Shown: in pieces, positions 46,913-57,276 of the stretch
How positions within the stretch are numbered: the stretch's first letter is position 1
Layout: every line of letters begins with the position of its first letter
From: Cyanobacteria bacterium P01_A01_bin.123
GTDB lineage: Bacteria > Cyanobacteriota > Cyanobacteriia > Phormidesmidales > Phormidesmidaceae
Assembly: GCA_039815185.1 (NCBI GenBank)
Contig: JBCBZT010000004.1
Span: forward strand, 160,001-224,000
DNA length: 64,000 nt
Direction of reading: 5' to 3'
Notes under the pieces: generated by a model
What the model was told of the DNA's origin: nothing
Databases searched by the model: none
What the model saw: the letters and a program-made list of their open reading frames with translations, nothing else
Made by a program: the position numbers and the translations under genes

Positions 46913-48559
46913 CTAGATCAGAGAAGTTTCTTTGGGTTGCGAAGATCCTGCCAAAACCTCAGGTGATATGTCAAAGTCCTCAGCAACTAGCCGTGCTGTC
47001 ATCTTGGCTGACATCATCACACTGGGCGTTCCGGCCCCTGGCTGCGCCCCTGCACCCACCATATAGAGTCCGTTAATATCTTCGCTACGGTTGTGGGGAC
47101 GGAAAAAGGCAGACTGCACCAATCGGGGTTCGGGGCCGAAGGCATTACCCATGTGTGCATTGAGCGTATGTTCAAAGTAGTCAGGGGTAATGTAGCTCTG
47201 GTGAACGATGCGATCTTTAAGCCCCGGCAAATAGCCACGCTCATCCAGGAAGGTCAATACCGTATCAACTAACTTATCCCCAACTTGATCCCAGTCAATG
47301 CCAGAACCGTTATGGGGCACCGGCACTAGCGTATAGGCCGCGTGATGACCTTCCGGTGCCAGCGATGGGTCGGTAAGGGTGGGAATGTGCAGGTACTGAG
47401 AGAAGTCCTTTGCTAAGACTTTGCGACCAAAGATATCTTTAAGCAGCTCTTCGTAGCGTGGCCCCAGAATGATGGTGTGATGGCGCAGTTTGGCGTCTTC
47501 TTGGCCATCGGCTTTAAAGCCAAAGTAGATGACCAACAGTGACATCGACTGCCGCGTCACTTTGATCCGCAGATTGCTATTCCAGAAGCGGTATTTGGGT
47601 TCGATCAGCTTGCCATAGGTCGTTGCCCAATCACCGTTGGAGATCACTGCATCTGCTGTCATCACGGTGCCATCCGCCAGGGTAATGCCTTTAGCAACCT
47701 TCCTACCGTCTTCGCGCGCCACGTTAATCTGACTGACTTCGGCGTCATAGCGCATCTGGCCACCCAGTTCCTCAAACTTTTTCACAAAGCCTGCCACCAG
47801 TGCCCCAGTGCCCCCCATGGCAAAGTGAATGCCCCAGGTTTTTTCAACAAAGTGAATCATGGCGTAGATGGCTGGTACCGATAGTGGGTTACCCCCAACC
47901 AACAGGGTTTCAAAGCTAAATACCTGCCGCAGCTTGTCGCTCTTGAAGTATTTACTGCTAAAGCTAAACAGAGTCCGCACGGCATCTAGGCTCATGAGGT
48001 CAGGGACAACCTTCAACATGGAACCCACATTGCCAAAATGGGTATAGCCTAACTCCAGAAAACCCCGCTCAAAGATATCTTTAGCATCTTGGTGAAAGCG
48101 CTCGTAGCCTTCTAAATCACCGGGTTCACCCAGTGCTTCAACCTGGTCGCGGGTGTGCACCGGATCACCGTCGTAATCAAAGAAAGTGCCGTCATCAAAA
48201 TAGATGCGGTAAAAGGGCAAAATCGGCACAATCTTGACATAGCGGCTGGTGTTGGGGCCACCTGAGACGCCGGATTTAATCCGCTTACTTTCGTCGACAA
48301 TCTCTGATGGAAAGTCGGGTTCGGTCAGCGCGGCTTGGTCACGCTCTAAGGAAAAGAGTTCCTCAATAAAGTGGGGCACTGTAATCACGGTGGGGCCCAT
48401 ATCAAAAGTAAAGCCATCAACCCTACGCACGTAGGCCCGCCCACCGGGAGCATCAAGCTTTTCGACAATGGTGGTATCAAAGCCCAAGCTCTGGAGACGG
48501 ATGCCCATCGCCAACCCACCGATGCCAGCTCCAATAACGATGACCTGCTTGCGCCCCAT
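46913..48559 (-). CDS. crtI: Bacterial-type phytoene desaturase
   Basis: [13 protein letters not shown]...[55 protein letters not shown]. Confidence 0.85.
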   Translation of the reverse strand: MGRKQVIVIGAGIGGLAMGIRLQSLGFDTTIVEKLDAPGGRAYVRRVDGFTFDMGPTVITVPHFIEELFSLERDQAALTEPDFPSEIVDESKRIKSGVSGGPNTSRYVKIVPILPFYRIYFDDGTFFDYDGDPVHTRDQVEALGEPGDLEGYERFHQDAKDIFERGFLELGYTHFGNVGSMLKVVPDLMSLDAVRTLFSFSSKYFKSDKLRQVFSFETLLVGGNPLSVPAIYAMIHFVEKTWGIHFAMGGTGALVAGFVKKFEELGGQMRYDAEVSQINVAREDGRKVAKGITLADGTVMTADAVISNGDWATTYGKLIEPKYRFWNSNLRIKVTRQSMSLLVIYFGFKADGQEDAKLRHHTIILGPRYEELLKDIFGRKVLAKDFSQYLHIPTLTDPSLAPEGHHAAYTLVPVPHNGSGIDWDQVGDKLVDTVLTFLDERGYLPGLKDRIVHQSYITPDYFEHTLNAHMGNAFGPEPRLVQSAFFRPHNRSEDINGLYMVGAGAQPGAGTPSVMMSAKMTARLVAEDFDISPEVLAGSSQPKETSLI

Positions 48560-48700
48560 AGCCTACTCCCGTCGAGATTGTAACGAACACTTAATGTCTG
48601 AGTATTGTAACGCTGTGCGGGCTGTGTTTCAGCCAGTGCTTCAGGATTAGGGGTCGCTAAAATAGTCGATATGGCGTTGCTGTAAACCTTTGGGTCAACC

Positions 48701-49855
48701 ATGGGCGATACGTCTACGACTCGATTAATCTTTATGGACAACTTGCGAGTTTTTTTGACAATCCTCGTCGTTGCCCACCATGCTGCCCAGCCCTATGGCC
48801 CCACTGGTGGTGAATGGCCCATCTTTAATCCAGAACGTGCGGCTATCCTGGGACCATTTTTTGCCGTCAATGCCGCCTTCTTTATGGGGCTGTTCTTTTT
48901 TATCTCAGGCTATTTTTTACCGGCTGCCTGCGATCGCCAAGGTGGCATGCGTTTGCTTCAAGAGCGGCTCCGGCGATTGGGGATTCCAGTGCTATTTTTT
49001 GCGCTGGTTATCTTTCCCCCGGTTCTATACCTATTGGCTAGTCCCCCGACCTCTTTCTTGACCTTCTTTATCCAGCGCTATGTCAAACAGCTTGAGATTG
49101 AAGTGGCCCATCTGTGGTTTTTGATGCATTTGTTGTGCTATATCGGGGTTTATGTCCTGTGGAGGTACTTCTTTCAGCGGCGGCGATGGTTAAAGATCGG
49201 TTCTGAGGGGCGATCGCATCTTTTTCAACCCCCCGGGCATGGCTTAATTTTTGCCTATCTGCTTGGTCTTGGGGGCATCACCTTTGGGGTGCGTATTCAG
49301 TATCCGATTGATCGCTGGGTTAATATGCTGGGCTTTTTACCAGCCGAAATTGCCCATTTTCCCCAATACGTGAGTCTTTTCATGCTCGGCATTATGACTT
49401 ACCGTCAAAGCTGGCTGCGACAAATGCCAACAAATCGAGGGATGGTTTGGTTAGGGATTGGCTGTAGTGCTGGACTATTGCGCTACCTCTACAGCTTAAC
49501 GAGCACTAGACTTTCGCTGCCTGATATAATTGCAGCGGGTGGATTAGATTGGCGCGCTTTGATCTGGAGCTATTGGGAAGCCGCCATTTGTATTGGGCTT
49601 TGTATTGGGCTATTAACCCTATTTCGCGAGCGAATTAATTTTCAAGGAAAACTGCTGCGGCTCTTGTCTGCCAATGCTTATGGGGTTTATCTGATTCACC
49701 TTCTAATGATTCTCTACATTCAATTCGTGATTGCTGATTTATCGATGGGCCCCTTAGTCAAATTTGGGTTGGCCATGGTCATGGGAACACCGCTTTGCTT
49801 TGCCCTAAGCGCTCTTCTGCGGAGGTTACCCTGTGTCAAATTTGTGATTTCGTAG
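48701..49855 (+). CDS. Acyltransferase family 3 (OpgC/MdoC-like) membrane protein
   Basis: DNLR..L..LVVAHH, FFMGLFFFISGYF, RLRRLGIP, HLWFL, AYGVYLIH. Confidence 0.88.
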   Translation: MGDTSTTRLIFMDNLRVFLTILVVAHHAAQPYGPTGGEWPIFNPERAAILGPFFAVNAAFFMGLFFFISGYFLPAACDRQGGMRLLQERLRRLGIPVLFFALVIFPPVLYLLASPPTSFLTFFIQRYVKQLEIEVAHLWFLMHLLCYIGVYVLWRYFFQRRRWLKIGSEGRSHLFQPPGHGLIFAYLLGLGGITFGVRIQYPIDRWVNMLGFLPAEIAHFPQYVSLFMLGIMTYRQSWLRQMPTNRGMVWLGIGCSAGLLRYLYSLTSTRLSLPDIIAAGGLDWRALIWSYWEAAICIGLCIGLLTLFRERINFQGKLLRLLSANAYGVYLIHLLMILYIQFVIADLSMGPLVKFGLAMVMGTPLCFALSALLRRLPCVKFVIS

Positions 49856-49931
49856 GTGTTCTTCAAGAAGAATTGGGTTGGGTCAGTAGAATAGAACCGA
49901 GATCAGCAGCACTGAGTTGACAGGGATAGCG

Positions 49932-50177
49932 ATGAGTCCAACAGTTGAGCGTGTTCGATGGACAGTTCGTGACCTTGAGATGTTGCCTTAAAGTGAAGGA
50001 ACTCGCTATGAACTGATTGGTGGAGAGCTATTTGTGACCCGATCACCCCATCGGAAGCATCAGCAGGTAGCGGACAGCATTTATAGCGCTGTGGATGTCT
50101 GGTCAGAAGCGTCTGGCTTCGGAGAGGCAACTCCGGCTCCAGAAATGATTCCGTCGGAAGCAAACAATGCCAAGTGA
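49932..50177 (+). pseudogene. Uma2 family endonuclease pseudogene
   Basis: MSPTVERVRWTVRDLEMLP*SEGTRYELIGGELFVTRSPHRKHQQV...WSEASGFGEA; in-frame TAA 49989-49991; truncated before the PD motif. Confidence 0.8.
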
Positions 50178-50189
50178 AGGCTTATTGGG

Positions 50190-50564
50190 ATGAGTAAATG
50201 TGTGCTGATCGTGGATGACGAAGCCGATGTGCGAGAGATTACTCAGCTCGGTTTAGAGATGGCAACCGATTGGCGGCTATTAACGGCTAGCTCTGGGGCC
50301 GAAGCGTTATCGATGGCGGCGGAGCACCAACCGGATATCATTTTGCTCGACATGATGATGCCTGATATGGATGGGCGAGATACGCTGAAAAAGCTTAAGG
50401 CGAATGACCGGACGCGATCGCTGCCGGTTATCTTAGTCACAGCCAAAGCCCAACCTTCGACGATGGAGAGCTTTGGGGACTTAGCTGTGGTGGCGATTTT
50501 GGCCAAACCTTTTCGTCCGTTGAAGCTAGCCGGAGAAATCAGCCGAATTATGGGTTGGATGTGA
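50190..50564 (+). CDS. Single-domain response regulator
   Basis: LIVDDE, LLDMMMPDMDG, LVTAK, AKPF. Confidence 0.92.
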   Translation: MSKCVLIVDDEADVREITQLGLEMATDWRLLTASSGAEALSMAAEHQPDIILLDMMMPDMDGRDTLKKLKANDRTRSLPVILVTAKAQPSTMESFGDLAVVAILAKPFRPLKLAGEISRIMGWM

Positions 50565-50595
50565 CTCACCCAAAGCCTGATAAATGACCCGAGTA

Positions 50596-51699
50596 TCAGA
50601 AGAAAATGCCCAAAATGCTAAGGATACGACCTATGGGGCCAAGGGTGAGGTCGGCATTGTCTGAAAAAGTAGCGACTCCAGAACGCCGCACGAGCAGCAC
50701 GTCGCCATCTTGCAAAATCGGATTGCTCGTATCATCAATTCCTTGGGCTAAATCGATAGGAATGGTTTGCTTGTTGACTGTCCCATCAGGATTGAGGCGC
50801 ACTAGTTCAATCGTATCAGTGGCAGCTCTCCGGTTAAACCCCCCTGCTGCCAGTAACCCTTGGTTAAGCGGGGTGTTGGGGGGGACTTGAATTGCGCCAG
50901 GAGCTTCTACTTCTCCGGACACATAAATCTGGATGGTATCAGGTGCAAAGCTCACGGAACTGAGGCGGGTCAATTCTTCAGGGGTGAGGGCTTGGGCTGT
51001 GGGCACATGAACGGAATCGCCTCCCTGCAAAATCAAATCACTTTCAAGGGATCCGCTATCAACGAGATCCCATAGGTCAACTTCGATCACTTCTTCACGC
51101 CCGTTAGCCTGAGGCCGCCGAATTTCAATCTGGCGCAAATCTGCTCGATCCGTAATGCCCCCCGCCAATTCGATGGCTTCGGTCAGGGTCAAGAAATTCA
51201 ACGAATTGCGCTGATTACCCTGATCATTTTGATTATTTTGTGTGGTGAGGGCGTAAGCGCCAGGACGGTTAACTTCTCCGGCAATGCCGATGTTAACAGA
51301 GCGCAAGGCAACGGGCGACACGGTAACGGCTGCCCGCCTTAAGTAGGGCGCGTAGGCAGCCGCGATCGCGCTTGCCGCTTGTTCAAAGGTCAACCCTTGC
51401 AAATCAACTCGCCCGGCTCGGGGTAGGTTAACGGCTCCATCAGAGAGCACTAAGGCTTCACCGCTATAGTCTTCGGCACCAAAGATATCGATCGCAATGC
51501 GATCGCCCGGCCCCAGCAAATAACTGGCATCCCAAGATTGTTCTCCCAGAAAATTCGGGGCTTCAGCGTCATTTGTGTCGAGGGGAGACAATTGAGCGAT
51601 CGCGGCTTCACCCATGCCAAGGCTCACCCATCCAAGCAGCACACTGCTCCCAAAGGCCCAGAGCCATCGACGGGATTGAAAAATTAGGATGAGGGGCAT
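50596..51699 (-). CDS. wza: Polysaccharide export protein (Wza/OPX, SLBB repeats)
   Basis: YLLGPGD.I.I, DG.VNLP..G, GEVNRPG, AGG, LQDGD; start 51699 or 51771. Confidence 0.88.
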   Translation of the reverse strand: MPLILIFQSRRWLWAFGSSVLLGWVSLGMGEAAIAQLSPLDTNDAEAPNFLGEQSWDASYLLGPGDRIAIDIFGAEDYSGEALVLSDGAVNLPRAGRVDLQGLTFEQAASAIAAAYAPYLRRAAVTVSPVALRSVNIGIAGEVNRPGAYALTTQNNQNDQGNQRNSLNFLTLTEAIELAGGITDRADLRQIEIRRPQANGREEVIEVDLWDLVDSGSLESDLILQGGDSVHVPTAQALTPEELTRLSSVSFAPDTIQIYVSGEVEAPGAIQVPPNTPLNQGLLAAGGFNRRAATDTIELVRLNPDGTVNKQTIPIDLAQGIDDTSNPILQDGDVLLVRRSGVATFSDNADLTLGPIGRILSILGIFF

Positions 51700-52718
51700 A
51701 GCTCGCGATCGCCTTGTGGACTGAGTTGCACAGCCTACTTGCGTAGCTCTAGCCTTGTCAAATCTATGCATCGGCTCTCAAGGTTTAGCGGAAACTAAAC
51801 AGTTATTTTTAATACAGTCTGCAATTTAAATGCTGGCTAACTGGACGTCATTCAAAACCTTGGGTTCCCATCCTATTAACCGGACACTCAACACCCCCAA
51901 AAAACTGGCAAGGTGTTCATTTACACTACTTTTTCTCACTGGGTTGGGACTTACTTAAAGTGGGAAATCATCTTTAGAATAGAAGGCGCTTAGAACAATA
52001 TCTTTAGACCTCTAGAGGGGGCTTGGGAGTTTGACGCTCACCCTAGCTCAAAGCGATCTTGCTTGAATATAGGTATCTGTCACACCGTGGAAGGTATTAC
52101 TTTAGGCCCAGTATTCAAAGGGTACTTATCCAAATCTTTAAGTTCCCCCACCCCAGAAAAGGCACATTGAGAATCTGTGGAACCCTGTTCAGCAACATAT
52201 GTGAGGTAATTTGTGTGATCCACAGATAAATGCCACTTTTAGATGATTTTACGGGAACTTTACAATTCTACTCACTTCATTAGGGTTAACCAGACGCGCT
52301 TAACGGGTGAATAATGACTAATTTGTTCATTTGGACATATTAAGTGTATTAGGCGGCTGGGTTGATTGAACTGAGCTGAACCCTGTTTCTGGGTTCGAAT
52401 GTCAGCGACAACATGTTGTTTTCTAGGTAGTCAAAAGTATTGTTTAAACCGCATCCGATTTGAAAACTTGAGTTTTAGCTGAGGAAAAAATCTATGAATT
52501 TGGATGGGAAGGGGGTTTGAACAAACCGAACTTTGAATATCTACTGGCTGAAGAGAGTTATCTTAGGATGCAAGGGATACATGACTAAGTTCACGATATT
52601 GGTTAGTAGTAGACCGATGTGCAATTGGAAGACCGATGTTACGGGGCGACTTCGCAAGGCAGTTCTGCAGTCGCGGTTCGTTGTTCGATCTCTCACCCAT
52701 TGATTGGCGCTAAACGCT

Positions 52719-53834
52719 ATGAAAATTGCTCTAGTTCACGACTATTTAACCCAACGTGGGGGTGCTGAACGAGTCTTTGAGCTGCTCTGCCGACGTTTTC
52801 CAGAGGCTGACGTCTATACCTCGGTTTACGATCCGGAAGGCACAATTGACTTGCAAAATCGCATCGTCAATACGACAGGGTTGCAGCAAATTCCTGGGGC
52901 CGCGCGATATTTTCGGTTGTTTGCACCGCTTTATTTCCCAGCCTTTCGAGCTTTGGATTTGATGCAGTACGACTTAATTATTAGCAGTTCTTCCAGCTTT
53001 GCCAAGGCCGTCCGTAAGCGCCCTGGGGCCCAACACATCTGCTTTTGCCACAATGTCACCCGATTCCTTTGGGATACACAAACCTATCTGCGAGGATACC
53101 GGGAATACCAGTTACTCTCTCCGCTGATCGAACCCATTTTTAGACGGATGCGTCAAGTAGATCGTGAATATGCTGCTGAACCTGACTTATATGTGGCCAA
53201 CTCCTCAGTCGTAGCGGAGCGGATTCGTCGGGTTTATCGTAAACCTGCCATCGTCATTAATTACCCCATTGACGACAGTCGATTTCTCTACTCGGCAGAT
53301 AAGGCAGACTATTACCTAGTGTCCTCCCGTTTGCTGAGCTATAAGCGCATTGACATTGTGGTAGAAGCCTTCAACTGGCTAGGGTGGCCACTCTTGATTA
53401 CAGGCAGTGGGCCCGAGCGCGATCGACTACAGGAGATGGCCCTAGACAATGTCCAATTTTTAGGTCATGTTGATGACGCCCAACGAGCTTCCCTAATGGC
53501 CGGAGCCAAAGCTGTTATTGTCGCTGCACTTGAAGATTATGGCTTAGTGCCGATTGAGTCTAATTTTAGCGGCACGCCAGTGGTTTCCTTTGGCGAAGGC
53601 GGCGTGCTCGATACCCAAGTACCCGGTAAAACCGGGGTGTTTTTTAATCGGCAAACACCAGATGCACTACAGTCAGCCCTAATGCAGTCTAGTCAAATAG
53701 CTTGGGATGCAGCCGCGATTCGCGACCATGCGATGACGCGGTTTACCGAAGCTGCCTTTTTCCACCAAATTGAACCCTTGGTGGCTAAGGCCTCTGGGCA
53801 ACTGTCCCAGTCTCTTGCTCAACATTACGCATAA
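52719..53834 (+). CDS. Glycosyltransferase family 4
   Basis: MKIALVHDYL.QRGGAERV, ANS, EDYGLVPIE...GTPV. Confidence 0.92.
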   Translation: MKIALVHDYLTQRGGAERVFELLCRRFPEADVYTSVYDPEGTIDLQNRIVNTTGLQQIPGAARYFRLFAPLYFPAFRALDLMQYDLIISSSSSFAKAVRKRPGAQHICFCHNVTRFLWDTQTYLRGYREYQLLSPLIEPIFRRMRQVDREYAAEPDLYVANSSVVAERIRRVYRKPAIVINYPIDDSRFLYSADKADYYLVSSRLLSYKRIDIVVEAFNWLGWPLLITGSGPERDRLQEMALDNVQFLGHVDDAQRASLMAGAKAVIVAALEDYGLVPIESNFSGTPVVSFGEGGVLDTQVPGKTGVFFNRQTPDALQSALMQSSQIAWDAAAIRDHAMTRFTEAAFFHQIEPLVAKASGQLSQSLAQHYA

Positions 53835-53841
53835 CGGACGG

Positions 53842-56046
53842 ATGATCGATATGGGTGTCACTCACAGCGAGTCTAATCCAAATTCGGGTACAGAACTGGG
53901 CTATAGCCAGCTATTCTCAATTCTGCTGCGGCGAGGATTATGGCTAGTGGGCGGGGTTGGCATCGGGGTGGCAGCAGCAACGCTGTTAACCCTAAGGACA
54001 AAACCAACCTATGAGAGTTCTATGCAGCTAATTGTAGAACCCAACTATCAAGAAGATCTGCGGCAGACTGAAGAGGGGGGCGGGTCTGATCGCCAACGGG
54101 AAACAGATTATGCGACCCAGATCAACCTGATGCGCAGCGATCAGTTCTTGAGTCAGGCTGTGGAGGCTGTGCAAGACACCTACCCCGATTTGGAGTTGGG
54201 GACGGTGAAAGGTTCCTTTTTTCTGACCCAAGTTGAAGAAGGCAATGTCGATACTCGCATCTTTGAAGCGGTCTATCTGGGTGAGGATCCTGAAAATACC
54301 CAGGCCTTTTTAGATGCCCTCAAAAATATCTATTTGGCTTACAACCTAGAGCAGCAAGAGCAGCGACTCTCACGCGGTTTATCTTCTATTAATGAACAGC
54401 TAAAGGTGGCTCGAAATAACTTGACTGATACGCAGGGAGCCTTGGAAACCTTTCGGCGTAACCAAAGCTTAATCAACCCTGAGGAACAAGCCACGGCTGT
54501 TGTTGATGCCCTCAATCGAGTAGAGCAGCAGCGGCAAGAACTCCAGGTACAGTTTGCTGATGCCCAAGCTCAATATCAGGCGCTCGAGCGGCAGCTTGCG
54601 CTTTCTCCTGAAAGTGCGCTGGTGGCAGCACGGCTGACCCAATCTTCGCGATTTCAAGGGTTGCTAAATGAGTTGCAACAGACTGAATTGGCGATCGCTG
54701 AGACACGGGTTATCTATACCGATCTCGACCCTAACCTGCAAGTGCTGCTCGAAGAACGGGACAACCAAGTTGCCTTATTACGGCAAGAAGTCCAGCAAAT
54801 TTTAGGGTCTCTCCCGGCTGAATTGGACGGAGAAGAGACGGTGGTGCGGGCTGGACGATTGAGTGAAATCGATTTGTCCTTAGCGGCCGCGTTGGTGGAA
54901 GCCCAGGCCGCCCTGCGACAGCTTGAAGCCCAGCGTCAAAGTTTGATCGATGTCGCTCAAACCTTGGAAACAGACCTGCAGCGCTACCCTGAGTTGATCG
55001 CTGAATATGATCGACTACAACCGGAGGTAGAAATCGAACGCACCGTGCTCGAGCGGTTGCTGGAAGAGCGAGAATTGTTGCAAGCAGAGCTCGCCCAGGG
55101 GGGCTATAACTGGCAAGTTGTAGAATCGCCGCAAGTGGGCAAAAAAGTAGCCCCTAACCCCAAGAGCAATCTCATGTTGGGGGCGATCGCGGGGTTGTTT
55201 ATTGGCGGCATTGCAGCCTTTGCTCGTGAATCGATGGATCGGGTGGTTCACACCTCTGATGAACTGCAAAAGCAAACAGCCCTGCCCTTGTTGGGCATTT
55301 TGCCTGCTTATACTCCGGGTTGGATAAACGGGCGCAACGGCGATCGCAACTTGACCCCAGTCGACCTAAATCAATCGGATTTGGTCAAAACAGTTCAGGC
55401 AGCCCCAGTCCGCGAATCCCTCGATTTAATTGCTAAAAATATTGAGCTGCTTGCCACCGAGCACAAACTCAAAGCGATTATGGTGAGTTCGGCCTTGCCC
55501 AACGAGGGCAAAACAACCTTGACGCTGGGGTTAGCGTTGAGTGCCGCCCGCCTCAATCAACGGGTACTGGTAGTGGATGCCGATTTGCGCCAACCCACTC
55601 TGCACCGCGAGCTAGCCTTGCCCAATAATGCTGGTCTGACGGTGCTAGCCGGGGGACTGATTCATCGAGTCAATCCAGCCGCCGTATCCTTTGGTCCCAT
55701 TGCTATCGATGTGCTGACCGCTGGGCCGGAACCCAGCGATCCGCTCAGGGTGTTGAGTTCTCATCGGGTGAAACAGTTGGTCGCGCTTTTACGCCGCAAC
55801 TATGACCTGATTTTGATTGATACACCGCCCGTGTTGGGCATGGCTGATACCCTGCAGGTGGGATCCTTTTGTGACGGTGCGGTGTTGGTGGCCCGAATCG
55901 ATCGCATTACTCAACCCGATTTGAATCAGGCCATGCATTCGCTGTCTCAGTTAAGACTGCTTGGCGTGGTTGCCAACGGGGTCAAACAATCCGCGACGCG
56001 CTATGCCGACTACGGCATCGCTAAACGAACCTCACATTCTTCCTAG
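53842..56046 (+). CDS. wzc: Polysaccharide co-polymerase / BY-kinase (Wzc/GumC)
   Basis: TM - coiled coil - TM, Walker A SALPNEGKTT, VDADLRQP, ILIDTPP; start 53842 or 53851. Confidence 0.9.
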   Translation: MIDMGVTHSESNPNSGTELGYSQLFSILLRRGLWLVGGVGIGVAAATLLTLRTKPTYESSMQLIVEPNYQEDLRQTEEGGGSDRQRETDYATQINLMRSDQFLSQAVEAVQDTYPDLELGTVKGSFFLTQVEEGNVDTRIFEAVYLGEDPENTQAFLDALKNIYLAYNLEQQEQRLSRGLSSINEQLKVARNNLTDTQGALETFRRNQSLINPEEQATAVVDALNRVEQQRQELQVQFADAQAQYQALERQLALSPESALVAARLTQSSRFQGLLNELQQTELAIAETRVIYTDLDPNLQVLLEERDNQVALLRQEVQQILGSLPAELDGEETVVRAGRLSEIDLSLAAALVEAQAALRQLEAQRQSLIDVAQTLETDLQRYPELIAEYDRLQPEVEIERTVLERLLEERELLQAELAQGGYNWQVVESPQVGKKVAPNPKSNLMLGAIAGLFIGGIAAFARESMDRVVHTSDELQKQTALPLLGILPAYTPGWINGRNGDRNLTPVDLNQSDLVKTVQAAPVRESLDLIAKNIELLATEHKLKAIMVSSALPNEGKTTLTLGLALSAARLNQRVLVVDADLRQPTLHRELALPNNAGLTVLAGGLIHRVNPAAVSFGPIAIDVLTAGPEPSDPLRVLSSHRVKQLVALLRRNYDLILIDTPPVLGMADTLQVGSFCDGAVLVARIDRITQPDLNQAMHSLSQLRLLGVVANGVKQSATRYADYGIAKRTSHSS

Positions 56047-56180
56047 GATGTGGCAGACTACGCCGTCGATTACGTGTTTCGATAGGGGTTTGCAAGGCCC
56101 TCCTGGTGCCAAACATATCTCCTGGTAAGACCTTCAACATTCAAGACACGAACCTTACACCCACAAAGGAGTCTTTAGCT

Positions 56181-57128
56181 ATGGCCGCTTCCACTGTGCT
56201 CAAAACTTCAAAGCTTTCCATCCTTGAATCCCCGACTCGGCAGTCCGTTACTTCAACGGAGACGGCTCAGCTTACCCGCTGCCAAGTGAAATGGCGGCAG
56301 GGCAAACTTGTTGTGGAGCTCGCCAATGACAGAGCTGGCGAAAGCCTCCCCGCCTTACACAATTTAGACTGGTTCAAGCACTGCCTGGCCCGGTCGCGGG
56401 CTACGGCTGTCTACATCGACCCCAATCTAGATGCCCAAACCCTAAAGCTGTGGGCTGATGCCAGTGAAGCAGCCCATCTGCCCGTCTTTCTCCGCCTACC
56501 TGCCCGCAACGAGCTACCGCAAAATCCCTGCACGTTGCCCTGGCAACTCAAGTGTTTGCTCGATCGCGTTGCCGCGGCTGTATTGCTGTTCGCCTTTACC
56601 CCACTCATGCTGATTATCATCAGCTTAATGCAGCTCACAATGCCTGGGCCAATTATCTTTAGCCAGTGGCGTGTCGGTGAACGAGGCCGCCTATTTCGCG
56701 TATTCAAATTCCGCTCAATGGTCGTGGATGCCGAAAAGCACCACAATCGCGTCATGGGGCAGCAAACCGGCTTACATAAACTTCAAAATGACCCCCGCGT
56801 CACCCCTCTGGGCTACTGGATGCGTAAGTTGAGTTTGGATGAACTGCCCCAACTGGTCAACGTTGTCCGGGGCGAAATGAGTTTGGTGGGCCCTCGCCCT
56901 TGGGCACTGTATGATGCTGTGCGCATTAAGCCCGAGCTGCGCCATCGTCTCAATGCCCTACCGGGTATTACAGGGGCTTGGCAGGTGGAAGCTCGCTCTA
57001 CTCAGTTAGATCTCGATGCCGTCAATCAGCGCGATGTAGAGTACCTCAAAGATTGGTCACTTAAGGAAGATTTGCGCATTTTGCTAATGACTGTGCCCAA
57101 GGTGATTGCAGGTTCAGGTGCGTGTTAG
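56181..57128 (+). CDS. hepC: HepC-like priming sugar transferase
   Basis: Cyanobacterial N-domain (LKLWADA...VFLRLP), KFRSM, DPRVT.LG..MRK.SLDELPQL.NV..GEMSLVGPRP; AAGGA RBS. Confidence 0.8.
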   Translation: MAASTVLKTSKLSILESPTRQSVTSTETAQLTRCQVKWRQGKLVVELANDRAGESLPALHNLDWFKHCLARSRATAVYIDPNLDAQTLKLWADASEAAHLPVFLRLPARNELPQNPCTLPWQLKCLLDRVAAAVLLFAFTPLMLIIISLMQLTMPGPIIFSQWRVGERGRLFRVFKFRSMVVDAEKHHNRVMGQQTGLHKLQNDPRVTPLGYWMRKLSLDELPQLVNVVRGEMSLVGPRPWALYDAVRIKPELRHRLNALPGITGAWQVEARSTQLDLDAVNQRDVEYLKDWSLKEDLRILLMTVPKVIAGSGAC

Positions 57129-57174
57129 TCGGCGACCGTGATCTGACCGGTCATGCAAAACACCGACTCGAAGA

Positions 57175-57250
57175 GCTAGGGATAAAGGGGTGAGGCGTAG
57201 TGTTTGATCAATCTCCCCATCCCGTTATCCCCTGATCTCCCTATCCTCTC
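57175..57250. repeat. STRR-like purine tract followed by pyrimidine tract (imperfect hairpin)
   Basis: AGGGATAAAGGGGTGAGG followed by CTCCCCATCCCGTTATCCCCTGATCTCCCTATCC. Confidence 0.45.
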
Positions 57251-57276
57251 TTTTCCTTTTCCAGCCTTCTTCAACT

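Noticed and set aside
48577..48612. Two GTTACAAT sites (minus strand) upstream of crtI as an RpaB/HLR1 element
   Set aside because: Half-sites are 27 bp apart rather than the 10-bp HLR1 period; they may just be -10 boxes.
50082..50090. Third copy of the 105-bp element (TATAGCGCT)
   Set aside because: Only a short match with no stem or GCTATA end; it lies within Uma2 coding remnant.
49903..50163. 86-aa minus-strand ORF
   Set aside because: Antisense shadow of the Uma2 pseudogene.
52611..52639. Direct repeat AGACCGATGT twice upstream of the EPS operon
   Set aside because: Two 10-mers only, no recognised motif; could be chance.
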